From assembly GCA_902512485.1 (NCBI GenBank), contig CABXJL010000001.1, forward strand, positions 5,703 to 69,702: a stretch of DNA of 64,000 nucleotides, given 5' to 3'. Both the position numbers and the translations under genes were made by a program. This DNA is from an uncultured Gammaproteobacteria bacterium (GTDB lineage: Bacteria; Pseudomonadota; Gammaproteobacteria; PS1; Pseudothioglobaceae). The notes below the pieces were generated by a model. It was not told the DNA's origin, searched no databases, and saw only the letters and a program-made list of their open reading frames with translations. Shown here one piece after another: positions 31,995-41,233 of this stretch; positions within the stretch are counted from its first letter, which is position 1; every line of letters starts with the position of its first letter.

Positions 31995-32363
31995 TTAGTG
32001 GTTACGACAAGGTACTGATTCTCCACGCTCTTCTTTCAAGCGAACAGCCTCTGCCTGAGCTTCTTCAGTTGTGTTAAAAACTTTATCTTCAAATAATATA
32101 AGTGGCTTAGCTCTATCAGCATTTAACTGTCCAACACACCATTCCTTTCCTTCAACGGTACAAACCACCACATAAGCTCCCGCAATTGGTCCGTAGCGCC
32201 TATTATTTAGCGTAAATAAACACTTCGCCAAATCATTGACTTTATCCTCATCAAGAGTACTAATAACAGATTCCTCTAAATCATTAAAGGGTTTTGTACT
32301 TGTACCAAGAACAGATTTCCCTGTTGGTGGATCCATCATGTCTGTATGTTTATTAATAGTCAT
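31995..32363 (-). CDS. Second, divergent DMFase small-subunit-like protein
   Basis: RRYGPIAGAYVVVCTVEGKEWCVGQLNADRAKPLILFEDKVFNTTEEA aligns with RRAPMAGKYVSVCIRMFEQYKIGIASGIRGKPVEMLDEVYSSEEA of the neighbouring gene. RBS GGAGG. Confidence 0.6.
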   Translation of the reverse strand: MTINKHTDMMDPPTGKSVLGTSTKPFNDLEESVISTLDEDKVNDLAKCLFTLNNRRYGPIAGAYVVVCTVEGKEWCVGQLNADRAKPLILFEDKVFNTTEEAQAEAVRLKEERGESVPCRNH

Positions 32364-32385
32364 TTTAAATTTCCTCCATTTTCTA

Positions 32386-34764
32386 TTATGGCAATGGATC
32401 CTCTTTTAGGAAACCTCTAATTGCATTTTCTGTAATTCGAGAAACATTGTTGTTGTAATTGTTATGAGAAAGACTTCCACACCAAGATAGAGAACCAGGC
32501 GCAAATACTGCGCCACCATTATCTGTCTTGTAATAAATCATATCTGCCCTTACCATAGGGTTTTCTGTACCACCTCCATGGTAACCGCGAACAGAAAAGT
32601 GAATTTCTTCATTAACTTGCAACATTAAATTGGTATGACCTTCTGAGTGAGCTAATAAGTATGCATCGTGAGGGGTGCCAAACTCTATATCATAACGGTC
32701 CAGTTCCAAACCTGCTGCGCCACCACCAACTAGACCAAAGTCACCAATCTTCTCACCATTTCCAACACCTTCCATAATCCAAGCTGTTTCAGGTCTTTCG
32801 CTGTCCTTATCTCGAACATAGTAGGAAGAAACATCAAATCCATACGCAGTAAAAGTTAATCCACATAGTTTGCTTGGTATTCTTCCTCTAGCTCTCCACA
32901 TGCCACCAAATTTACCATCAAAGGCATTGTTATATTCACCAGGGTTTGCTGTCCAAGCTCTTGTTCCAGCTTCACCTTTACGAACCTCTATAATGTTTGA
33001 ATTGTCTGGGTGGTATTCACTACACCAGTAAAAACCGTTAGCACCCAAATAAATCCATCTTCCACCATCTTGTTGATATTTTTCATATGCTGCAAACATT
33101 TTTTCTGAAGTATATTCTGGGTGACTCCCTGTCAATACAGTTTGATATTTATTTAATAAACCTACACCTTCTCTATTTAAATCTTCATCAGTATGAATAT
33201 CAAAATCAAAGTTTTTTTCTTCCAACCAATCTATAAGGTGTAGATCACCGTTAAGCTGCCAAAGTGATGGCGATAACCAGTGACGATATTTTGGTCGCAT
33301 ATTTAATATTGGTCTCAGCCTTGATGAATAACAAACACCACTTCCATCTGAATGTAACGAATAGGTCGACAAACCATACTCTCTATGCTCATTTAAGTAC
33401 AAATCAGCTGCAGTCATAACTGGCACTTTCCCTGCCAATAATTCTGCAACAACACAGTTTGTACATAAATTATCGTTTGAATATGCCATATAGGCATTTG
33501 TTGGAAGAATAAATGCTAGTTTCGAAGTTGTTGTACCTCTTGGAGGACGAACAACGAAAGGTATATAATCTTCAGTTTCAGGAGAATCCTCGCCTCCAAT
33601 TCTTAGACGTGCAGCATAAATACCGCTTTTTAAGTTATCTGGAATTTTTAATTCAAAATCAACTTCCCAACGAGCATCATCAATATCATCATCATGGAAA
33701 TGAATAGCTCCATATTCTTCTGGTTTGTGATGATAGACAATCTCATCCCCCGTCCAGTTAAAACCTGTCATACCGCGAACTGGCATATTAACGATAAAGC
33801 CATCCAATCGAGTTGTCGAGGTATCAACAATAAAAGTTGAAGCTATATTATTTGAAATGTTTGCATGAAAATCCCAAGCACCTACAACATCGTCTCTTAA
33901 TCCTGCTTGACAACTCTTATATCCTCGAGCTAAAGACTCAATCTCAGCCTTACTTAAGGCTCTTCTAGACAATCTTGGTCGATCAATTTTTCCATTATAG
34001 GTATGAACTTGTTCAGGTAATTCGATTGGTTCAGCTGCTTCCTTAAAATGACCACCAAAAATGTGCCTTCCAGATCTTTCATGTTTTGTGCTAGCAGCCA
34101 TCAAAAATGGTGCGTCATTAATACCAGGCTTTAAACTATTGATTGATTCGACTACAGCAGTAGTTTCCTCAGATGGATGCAATATACCCTGACCAAGACC
34201 TCCATTAGTAGAAGTTACAACGGGCTCTTGATATAAGGTTACTTTACCTGTTCTTGAATCGTAACTAACAGCAGCGAGATACCAAACTTTACGTAAAAGT
34301 TTTTTATCGCTTGAAAGCTTCATAACTTGACCACTACCGTCACCTATTTCTACTGTCAAACAGTTATTCTCATCAATAAACAGTCCATATCCACTTTTCG
34401 TTTCTTCAACCCATTTAGTTAGAATTCCTTGACGCCCTTTTTGCGGTGTACCAAGTCCTTCAATCGGAGTTGTAGGAAAGATATAACATTGAAGTGTAAA
34501 ACTCTCTACATTTAGGCGATCATCTTGGGGAACAACGATGTAGGAACCACCGTGTATTCTTTGATTTCTCCCTGGATAATTTTTGTTACATTCAGCTTGA
34601 ACCTCTTCTTCCTTGTAACCAGGCCCTTCAGGGTTTGTATCTCCATGTATTAAACGAACAATTTGAGTTTCATATACTTCGTTTTCTTCAGAGTTAATAT
34701 AAAATTGTATGTTATCCCCAGGACAAACAGAGTATTTGTCGCTATAACCAGTAATTCTTAACAT
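32386..34764 (-). CDS. dmfA2: N,N-dimethylformamidase large (catalytic) subunit homologue
   Basis: VRLIHGDTNPEGPGYKEE, LamG-like region, YMAYSN, YGLSTY, DLHLIDWL, LTGSHPEY, GLVGGGAAGLELDR, VRADM, WCGSL..NNVS. The 2-Tyr/1-Glu iron ligands and the adjacent His appear conserved. Confidence 0.92.
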   Translation of the reverse strand: MLRITGYSDKYSVCPGDNIQFYINSEENEVYETQIVRLIHGDTNPEGPGYKEEEVQAECNKNYPGRNQRIHGGSYIVVPQDDRLNVESFTLQCYIFPTTPIEGLGTPQKGRQGILTKWVEETKSGYGLFIDENNCLTVEIGDGSGQVMKLSSDKKLLRKVWYLAAVSYDSRTGKVTLYQEPVVTSTNGGLGQGILHPSEETTAVVESINSLKPGINDAPFLMAASTKHERSGRHIFGGHFKEAAEPIELPEQVHTYNGKIDRPRLSRRALSKAEIESLARGYKSCQAGLRDDVVGAWDFHANISNNIASTFIVDTSTTRLDGFIVNMPVRGMTGFNWTGDEIVYHHKPEEYGAIHFHDDDIDDARWEVDFELKIPDNLKSGIYAARLRIGGEDSPETEDYIPFVVRPPRGTTTSKLAFILPTNAYMAYSNDNLCTNCVVAELLAGKVPVMTAADLYLNEHREYGLSTYSLHSDGSGVCYSSRLRPILNMRPKYRHWLSPSLWQLNGDLHLIDWLEEKNFDFDIHTDEDLNREGVGLLNKYQTVLTGSHPEYTSEKMFAAYEKYQQDGGRWIYLGANGFYWCSEYHPDNSNIIEVRKGEAGTRAWTANPGEYNNAFDGKFGGMWRARGRIPSKLCGLTFTAYGFDVSSYYVRDKDSERPETAWIMEGVGNGEKIGDFGLVGGGAAGLELDRYDIEFGTPHDAYLLAHSEGHTNLMLQVNEEIHFSVRGYHGGGTENPMVRADMIYYKTDNGGAVFAPGSLSWCGSLSHNNYNNNVSRITENAIRGFLKEDPLP

Positions 34765-34803
34765 AATATTTCCTTAATTTTTATTAATTAAAAGTTAAAT
34801 TGA

Positions 34804-36798
34804 TTAGGACTCTTCGCCCTCGATATCTTCATCCTTTTTTTCGCCTTTTCTATAATCACCAAGTAGGTTTTTAATATTGCCAATCTCATTTGGAGACATA
34901 CCAATTTCGTCAAGAAGATGATCAATAAACGGTACTTGTGCTCTGTAGCGCATAGCTGCATTCACTATATTGTCAGGCAAACCCGCCCCACCATTAGCAG
35001 GCCCTACAAAATCAGGATTAGTACTATTTGAGTTAAATCCTGGCATACCATTTAATTCGTAAATTTTTATATCATCAATATTTTCCATTGGCTTGACTGC
35101 CTCTCGAATAATTGAATCAAGATTTCTCGCTAACTCCATTCTAAGATCACTTTGCCTACTCTCATCACTACGAGCGTTTTCTGCTTCATTAAGCATCAAC
35201 TTACCAGCGGCATCAATCTCATAGCGTAGTTTGCTAGCCAGAGAAGCATGTTTTTCGGCTTGCTCCCTCTCTTGGGCAGCCTCTTTTTCAGCTCTAGCAA
35301 GGGTAGTAATTTGAATTGCCTCACTTTCCCCTTCCATTTCTGCACTTATTAATTGCAACTTCTTGTTACGTTCTGCAATCTCGACTTCTTGTGCTGAAAG
35401 AACTTGTTCTTCTGCAACAACTACTTCGGCTCTAGCTTGTTCTTTACTTTCCACTGCATTTAATACTTCTACAGTTTTAGCTATAACCTCAAGTTCACGA
35501 TTCTTCTCTTCTATTTCAAGATTTTTTCTCTTGTGAATTTCTGAAGCTTGAGCTTGTTGATCGTTTTCTATTCGCGTTATTTCTATGATTCGTTGCTGTT
35601 CTATCTCTAATTTTTTCACCTCTTCTTGGGCCTTTATTTGAGCCTCTTCAGCTTCTACATAACGATCTGACTCTACCTTAAGAACCTCAGCCTTTTGTTT
35701 AGCTCTTTGAGATGATATCTCTTCTTCCTGTTTGAGCCTTGCAAACTCATTTTCCTTTTTAATTTCCAAGGATCTAATTTCAGCCTCAAGATTCTTTTCT
35801 TTAATATCAATCTCTGTTTGCCTCTCAATCTCATTTCGAAGTTTTTTACGCTCCTCAATCTGGAGAGTTAACTCATGTTCACGCAATGAGCGTTCAACTT
35901 CAATAGTATCTTGTTGTTGGATGCGAGCCTTCTCAACATCTTCTGCAGATTGAATTCTTGCTTCTTCAGCTAAACGCTCCTGTCTTGCAGTCTCAACAGC
36001 CATTTCGGTAGTTTCTTTATCTCGCTGCTTAGCAATTTCGCGTTCTTGTAGCAACCTGGAGAATTCCCTCGCCTGATCAATTTCAAGTGCTTTTTGTTCT
36101 GCCTCTAAATTCTTAGTTCTAATCCTTATAGCAGTATCTTGCTCAATATCATTACGTTTTTTCTTTCCAGCCTCAATTTGCTCTGTTAATTGCGTAAGAC
36201 CCTCAGCGTCAAACGCATTAGATGGGTCAAATACCTCTAGGCCGGCTTGATCAACGCTGGTCAATGACACAGCCTCAAGTTCAAGACCTGTTGAACCTAA
36301 AGATTCAGCAACAATTCCCTTAACCGCTTTGATATATTCACCACGTTTTTCTTGAATCTCTTCCATAGACATCTTCGCAGCAACAATACCCAGCGCATCT
36401 ACAAAACGACCTTGCACTAAATCTCTTAAACTTTCAGGCTCCATCGTTCTTTTACCTAGTGTCCCCGCTGCAATTGATACAGCCTCTTTTGATGGTGTAA
36501 CGCGGACATAAAATTCTGCAACTATTTCAACACGCATACGATTTTTTGTAATAAAAGCTTTATCGCCGCCTCGTTTTACCTCTATGCGTAAGGTACGCAT
36601 CCCAACAGCAGTTATATTGTGAATGATTGGCAATACAAAAGCACCGCCACTAATCACAACTTTTTCGCCACGTAGTCCAGTTCTTACAAAAGAAACTTCT
36701 TTAGATGATCTTCGATACAACCAATGCAGCAAATATACAAAAATCGCTATTGCTAATGCTGTCAATATAATAGTTGCAATGATATCTGCGCCAGTCAT
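34804..36798 (-). CDS. Flotillin-family (SPFH/Band 7) protein, YqiK-like
   Basis: N-terminal TM; FVRTGLRGEKVVISGGAFVLPIIH; LELEAVSLT; NAFDAEGL; long E/A/K/Q-rich coiled coil; flotillin C-terminus (IIREAVKPMENIDDIKI). Confidence 0.92.
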   Translation of the reverse strand: MTGADIIATIILTALAIAIFVYLLHWLYRRSSKEVSFVRTGLRGEKVVISGGAFVLPIIHNITAVGMRTLRIEVKRGGDKAFITKNRMRVEIVAEFYVRVTPSKEAVSIAAGTLGKRTMEPESLRDLVQGRFVDALGIVAAKMSMEEIQEKRGEYIKAVKGIVAESLGSTGLELEAVSLTSVDQAGLEVFDPSNAFDAEGLTQLTEQIEAGKKKRNDIEQDTAIRIRTKNLEAEQKALEIDQAREFSRLLQEREIAKQRDKETTEMAVETARQERLAEEARIQSAEDVEKARIQQQDTIEVERSLREHELTLQIEERKKLRNEIERQTEIDIKEKNLEAEIRSLEIKKENEFARLKQEEEISSQRAKQKAEVLKVESDRYVEAEEAQIKAQEEVKKLEIEQQRIIEITRIENDQQAQASEIHKRKNLEIEEKNRELEVIAKTVEVLNAVESKEQARAEVVVAEEQVLSAQEVEIAERNKKLQLISAEMEGESEAIQITTLARAEKEAAQEREQAEKHASLASKLRYEIDAAGKLMLNEAENARSDESRQSDLRMELARNLDSIIREAVKPMENIDDIKIYELNGMPGFNSNSTNPDFVGPANGGAGLPDNIVNAAMRYRAQVPFIDHLLDEIGMSPNEIGNIKNLLGDYRKGEKKDEDIEGEES

Positions 36799-36823
36799 AA
36801 TTCTTTCTCCTTAATTTATATAC

Positions 36824-37537
36824 CTATTTTTTATTGTCTTCTATTCTTGCCTGGGTATCATTCATAGCAGCTCTATATATGACAAACCCAAAAATTATTT
36901 TGTTTAAAAAGTCAGTTAGGTTGTAAATAATATTAAGACTATTTACATCTACTCCACCACCAAGATTATTAATAAAATAGCCAAGTGGGTAAATCGCCCA
37001 ACCAATAGTAAGGATCAATCTCAATCCATTAAATGCTTGATGTGATGCCTCATTGCCACTCTCTATGTTGGAGCGGCTTGCTTCACCCATATAAAGTTCA
37101 CCAAGAATATAAAGCCAACCAACGACACCAATAATAAAACCTAATGTTGCACTCATATAGCCCGCAGCACCTAAAAATTCACCTATCACCATTACCAGAG
37201 TTCCAATTAGTAATCGCCAAAATAGTGCCGATGAGACTTTTGTGACTGCAGTCAAAATTACATAAAACAGTACAACTTGCATAGTATGTGTAAGTATCCA
37301 ATCTAAATATCTAAGGATAATTGGAGCCGTCCCCGTTTCAACCCACATTATTTTGACATAGTGGTAGAAAACAGCTGACACCAACATCGTAACGCCTAAT
37401 AGTGTCATTGTCGTGTGCCATCTATCATGAACCTTGGATCTTTCAAGTAGAAAGAAGATCGTAGCACCTATCATTGCCATGGATAAAAGCCAAAATGTGC
37501 CGCCTACAATGTCAGTTGGTAATAATGTAGTGTTCAT
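36824..37537 (-). CDS. Microbial rhodopsin of the proteorhodopsin clade, DTL motif (flotillin-associated rhodopsin, FArhodopsin)
   Basis: 7 TM helices; helix C RYLDWILTHTMQVVLF (D-T-L at GPR 97/101/108); helix F GWAIYP; helix G DFLNKIIFG with the retinal-binding Lys. Lies 25 bp upstream of flotillin. Confidence 0.92.
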   Translation of the reverse strand: MNTTLLPTDIVGGTFWLLSMAMIGATIFFLLERSKVHDRWHTTMTLLGVTMLVSAVFYHYVKIMWVETGTAPIILRYLDWILTHTMQVVLFYVILTAVTKVSSALFWRLLIGTLVMVIGEFLGAAGYMSATLGFIIGVVGWLYILGELYMGEASRSNIESGNEASHQAFNGLRLILTIGWAIYPLGYFINNLGGGVDVNSLNIIYNLTDFLNKIIFGFVIYRAAMNDTQARIEDNKK

Positions 37538-37653
37538 AGAAATCCCTGGTTATAAATTCTGTATTAATTAATTAATTATTTATTTATTCGTTCATTCAAA
37601 AAACTTTGCCAATATTTAGCTCTATTAAATAGTCTCTATTAAAGGCGTTTATA

Positions 37654-37736
37654 GAGTTTGGACAACCGAAAGAAAGTTTTTTAGTAAATAATTGATCTAA
37701 ATACTAACAATCTTTTAATTTCAGTTATCCAAACTC
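37654..37736 (-). other. Long mRNA stem-loop between the SBP gene and the rhodopsin
   Basis: Minus strand: GAGUUUGGAUAACUGAAA pairs with UUUCGGUUGUCCAAACUC (both DNA mismatches are G-U), plus an inner AAAG/UUAGUA...UACUAA/CUUU stem. Confidence 0.7.
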
Positions 37737-37758
37737 AATTAAAACAACTCTTAATTAA

Positions 37759-38931
37759 TTAAGAGTCTGGATCATATTCCTCTGGATCAGCAGGTCTTAA
37801 GAAGAAGTTGTCAACGTAGTCCTTACCGCCCCAAACTTCAACACCTGGGTTGTACCACAAGGTAGAGTTACGATCACAATCAGTTCCCATCATTGCTTCA
37901 ACATCGTCATATCCAATTGTTAAAGGTGGTACTAAGATTGATTGAATCTTAGGTCCTTGACCCTGTAAAGTACGCATCATGATGTTCCAACCAAGCTCAA
38001 TATCATCACCTGGAGGCCATGTCTGAATAGCACCACTAATATAATCAGGGTTATTACGCCAGTAACATAGAGCACCAATTTCACCACCAATTGACATTGG
38101 AGGAATGTCTCGTCCTGACTGTAATACTGCTGCTAAAACACCAGTTTCACCAGAAGACTGAACTGCAATTCCATCAAGCTGTCCAGGGTGTGTAGCTAAC
38201 CACTTCTGAGTCTCAGCTTGACCAACTTGTGATGTCCACATATGCGCAATCTGACCTGTAACTTTAATATCAGGATATCTAGATAATCCATCTAAAACAC
38301 CAGCATTTTGTGAATCTGATGCTGAAAATCCAGGAATACCTTCAATTACAAGAACATTACCCTTTCCATCAATCTCTTCAGCCATCCATGTTCCAACATC
38401 AAATCCAGCCTGATGGTAGTTCACTGATGAATTTATTGAAAGTGGTGAAGTTGTATATCCAGTAAATGAAAATACTGGAACACCTCTATCAAAGGCATAC
38501 TTAATTGCTTGATTCAATGCAGTCGGGTTGGAGCAACAAATAATTATTGCATCCACACCTTGATCAACGAGTTGTCTGATCTGTTGAATCTGTAATGCAT
38601 CCTTAAGGTTTGACTGTGTAACAATGATGTCATTAAGCAAACCGAGCTCTTGCCATTTTGGTTTTATGACATCCATCAAACGTGCCATTGCACCTTTACG
38701 CCAGGTATTTCCAGCATAAGTACTAGCATAACCTACAGTCCATGGAGGTGAACGTTCACTTTTCCAATCTCTAAACGCACTATCATCAAGTGGCTGAATT
38801 GGATCCATCAAATCCATGTTATAAACCCTATCCCGAATATCCTGTGGGATTTCATCAAGTCCTGCAATGGCCATCGACGTAAATCCGAATGACAACATAC
38901 AAGCCATGACTAGTTTTAATAGTTTTTTCAT
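37759..38931 (-). CDS. Periplasmic binding protein type I (sugar-ABC/RbsB-like fold)
   Basis: Signal peptide; GNTWR, QIQQIRQLVDQGVDAIII, GKGNVLVIEGIPG. RBS AGGAG. Confidence 0.88.
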   Translation of the reverse strand: MKKLLKLVMACMLSFGFTSMAIAGLDEIPQDIRDRVYNMDLMDPIQPLDDSAFRDWKSERSPPWTVGYASTYAGNTWRKGAMARLMDVIKPKWQELGLLNDIIVTQSNLKDALQIQQIRQLVDQGVDAIIICCSNPTALNQAIKYAFDRGVPVFSFTGYTTSPLSINSSVNYHQAGFDVGTWMAEEIDGKGNVLVIEGIPGFSASDSQNAGVLDGLSRYPDIKVTGQIAHMWTSQVGQAETQKWLATHPGQLDGIAVQSSGETGVLAAVLQSGRDIPPMSIGGEIGALCYWRNNPDYISGAIQTWPPGDDIELGWNIMMRTLQGQGPKIQSILVPPLTIGYDDVEAMMGTDCDRNSTLWYNPGVEVWGGKDYVDNFFLRPADPEEYDPDS

Positions 38932-39042
38932 TTTGATTTGTCTCCTATTTATTTATAGTCAAGCGTTATTGCTTGTTCTATTCACCTTAGAAAATGACTT
39001 GTTTTATTACGGTTCCGCACATTTTAAACATAATTACATAGC

Positions 39043-39143
39043 CTAAAGTATGTCTAAGTATATCACAATGCATACATTAGTCAACTAAAGTATGTATTTA
39101 TTTTATAATAATATTATAAGTATGTATTTAGTGTAAAGTATGC
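39043..39143. promoter_or_regulatory. Array of AAGTATG boxes in the divergent promoter (candidate response-regulator sites)
   Basis: AAGTATG at 39046, 39088, 39118 and 39136; AAGTATA at 39056; inverted CATAC at 39071. Confidence 0.6.
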
Positions 39144-39217
39144 AGCCCTATTAATATATTTGCTTAAAAAATACTGTACAATCAAGTGTTATCTTTAACA
39201 AAAATTCAACTATTTGA

Positions 39218-39913
39218 GTGATAAAAGCTATGGAAAACAAAAAGGATAGTAGACCAATAAAATATAAAATTGTTATAGCCGATGACCACGCCCTAGTTAG
39301 AGGTGGTTTAGAATTAGTCGTTAAAATGGCTGTACCCAATGCCGAAATATTTCAAGCAAATAGTTTTGATGAGACAATAAATGTACTTAATTCAAATTTC
39401 TCAATTGATTTAGTTTTACTTGATTTAATGATGCCTGGAATGTGGCATGACAGTATTCAAAGTATTACTTCACAATTTCCTGATGTACCCATAGTAATCG
39501 TTTCTGTAAAAGAGGACTTTGATTCAATTCATAACTCAATTTCTTTAGGGGCTTCTGGATTTATACCTAAAACTTCTGCACCGGAAGTGACTATAAGTGC
39601 TATCCAGCTTGTTCTGGCGGGTGGTGTCTACATACCGCCACATGTTTTGAAACCAAGAGCCGATCCTATTCAACATGATGAAAAATTAGATGATTTGGAT
39701 AGTGTTAAACGCTTGTCTAAAAGGCAAAAAGAAGTTCTTGGTAATATCAGTCTCGGTAGATCGAACCAGGATATTGCTGACGAATTAGGTTTGACTATTC
39801 CAACAATTAAAATGCATGTTTCAGCCATTTTTAAAAAACTAAATGTTAAAAATAGAACTGAAGCTGTATCTATTTATTCTAATTTAGAAAAAGTTTCAGA
39901 TTTACACTCCTAG
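39218..39913 (+). CDS. NarL/FixJ-family response regulator (REC + LuxR HTH)
   Basis: IADDHALVR, LLDLMMP, GASGFIPK, LSKRQKEVL...SNQDIA...TIKMHVSAIFKKL. Confidence 0.93.
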   Translation: MIKAMENKKDSRPIKYKIVIADDHALVRGGLELVVKMAVPNAEIFQANSFDETINVLNSNFSIDLVLLDLMMPGMWHDSIQSITSQFPDVPIVIVSVKEDFDSIHNSISLGASGFIPKTSAPEVTISAIQLVLAGGVYIPPHVLKPRADPIQHDEKLDDLDSVKRLSKRQKEVLGNISLGRSNQDIADELGLTIPTIKMHVSAIFKKLNVKNRTEAVSIYSNLEKVSDLHS

Positions 39914-39925
39914 ATTTATGTAAGT

Positions 39926-41203
39926 TTGCTACTCATTATTATGGCAACTAAACCTTTACAATTACTTTCATACATGTTCAATATTTTTTTTTCTATCAAC
40001 TATAAATTGTGCCATGAATATCTAAAAAAAATACTCATTCCATTTTTTTTAGTCTTACTTCTTAATATTCCTAGCCTTAGCCTGAATATTGCTCATGCAG
40101 ATGAAGAAAACTACTGGAAGCAAAATGTTAACATTTTTAATTTTTCGTGTACGGACGGTGATATAGATTGCTGGATTGATGATAGAAATGCACTAGAAAA
40201 ATTACCGCTAGTAGAATATGCGCCTTTGAAAGCCTCTGAAGTTAATAAAAAACATCATATATGCGTCTCATTTCCACATCTCAAAGACTCTTATTGGGTT
40301 GGAGTGGCTTATGGAATTATTTCTGAAGGAAGACGCCTAGGACAAAAAATAACATTATTCGAAGCTGGAGGATATACAAATCTGGCAACACAATTAAACC
40401 AAGTTGATGACTGTTTGACTAATAATGGTGAAGCTTTAATTATTGGACCAATTTCAAGTAACGGCAACGCAAGACAGATTGACTTGATCAGGGCTAAAGG
40501 AATCCCAGTAGTTGTCCTTGTCACTGGAATTAATACAGAAGTAGATGCAAACTCGCTTCAAAGTTTTGTCAATATGGGTTATACCTCTTGTAAATGGGTT
40601 GCAGACCAAGAAAAACTTAATGATGGAAAGACCAACATTGTATGGTTTCCAGGACCGCCTGGAGCTGGCTGGTCTATAGCCTCTCACCAAGGATGTCTTA
40701 GTGCTCTAGAGAGAACTAATATTAGAATATTAGAAACTAATTGGGGTGATACTGGAAAAGCAATTCAATTACAATTAGTTGAGGAAACACTACTGAATCA
40801 TGCCTCAGGCCCTGAACCCGATTTTAAATACATTGTAGGAACGGGCACCACAATTGAAGCTGCTGTTGGGGCTCTTAGGGCCAGAAAGCTTGGTAATAAA
40901 ATCAAACTGGTATCCACATATTACACACCTGGAATAGATATGTTTATAAAACGCGGTCTAATTTCAATGGCACCTTCGGACCAAATGATTTCACAAGCAA
41001 CAATTGCTGTCGACCAAGCAGTAAGACTTCTTGAAGGAAAAAACATGGCAACCTCAGGAAGACCGGAATTTAATAACACTGGTCGTGTTACAGAACATGT
41101 TCAACAACAAATATTGATTGTAACTCCTGATATATCAGATCAATTCAACTCATCTACAACACTAGCACCAAAAGGCTGGTTTCCAATATTTTCAGTGGAT
41201 TAA
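39926..41203 (+). CDS. torT: TorT-like periplasmic sensor/binding protein
   Basis: ICVSFPHLKDSYW...YG...LFEAGGYTNLATQLNQVDDC, PGPPGAGW, WGDTGK and DQAVRLLEG match TorT-family signatures. True start uncertain (39941 or 39974 possible). Confidence 0.75.
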   Translation: MLLIIMATKPLQLLSYMFNIFFSINYKLCHEYLKKILIPFFLVLLLNIPSLSLNIAHADEENYWKQNVNIFNFSCTDGDIDCWIDDRNALEKLPLVEYAPLKASEVNKKHHICVSFPHLKDSYWVGVAYGIISEGRRLGQKITLFEAGGYTNLATQLNQVDDCLTNNGEALIIGPISSNGNARQIDLIRAKGIPVVVLVTGINTEVDANSLQSFVNMGYTSCKWVADQEKLNDGKTNIVWFPGPPGAGWSIASHQGCLSALERTNIRILETNWGDTGKAIQLQLVEETLLNHASGPEPDFKYIVGTGTTIEAAVGALRARKLGNKIKLVSTYYTPGIDMFIKRGLISMAPSDQMISQATIAVDQAVRLLEGKNMATSGRPEFNNTGRVTEHVQQQILIVTPDISDQFNSSTTLAPKGWFPIFSVD

Positions 41204-41233
41204 TGATGTCAATAATAATATAAAGAAAAAAGC

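Noticed and set aside
35200-36200. Repetitive E/A/K/Q-rich sequence in the flotillin gene as a novel repeat
   Set aside because: This is the expected flotillin coiled-coil region.
36824-37537. Calling the rhodopsin a standard blue-absorbing proton-pumping proteorhodopsin (Q105)
   Set aside because: It lacks the donor Glu108, His75 and the helix C Pro, has no adjacent retinal-synthesis genes, and is linked to flotillin.
39043-39143. CRISPR-like or iteron array
   Set aside because: Repeats are only 7-13 bp with irregular spacing, no cas or rep gene is present, and the location fits a divergent promoter.
39926-41203. TMAO respiration inferred from torT plus nearby Moco genes
   Set aside because: No torA/torC/torD or OmpR-type TorR in the window. 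The Moco cluster lies outside the repeat-bounded island, so adjacency may be coincidental.
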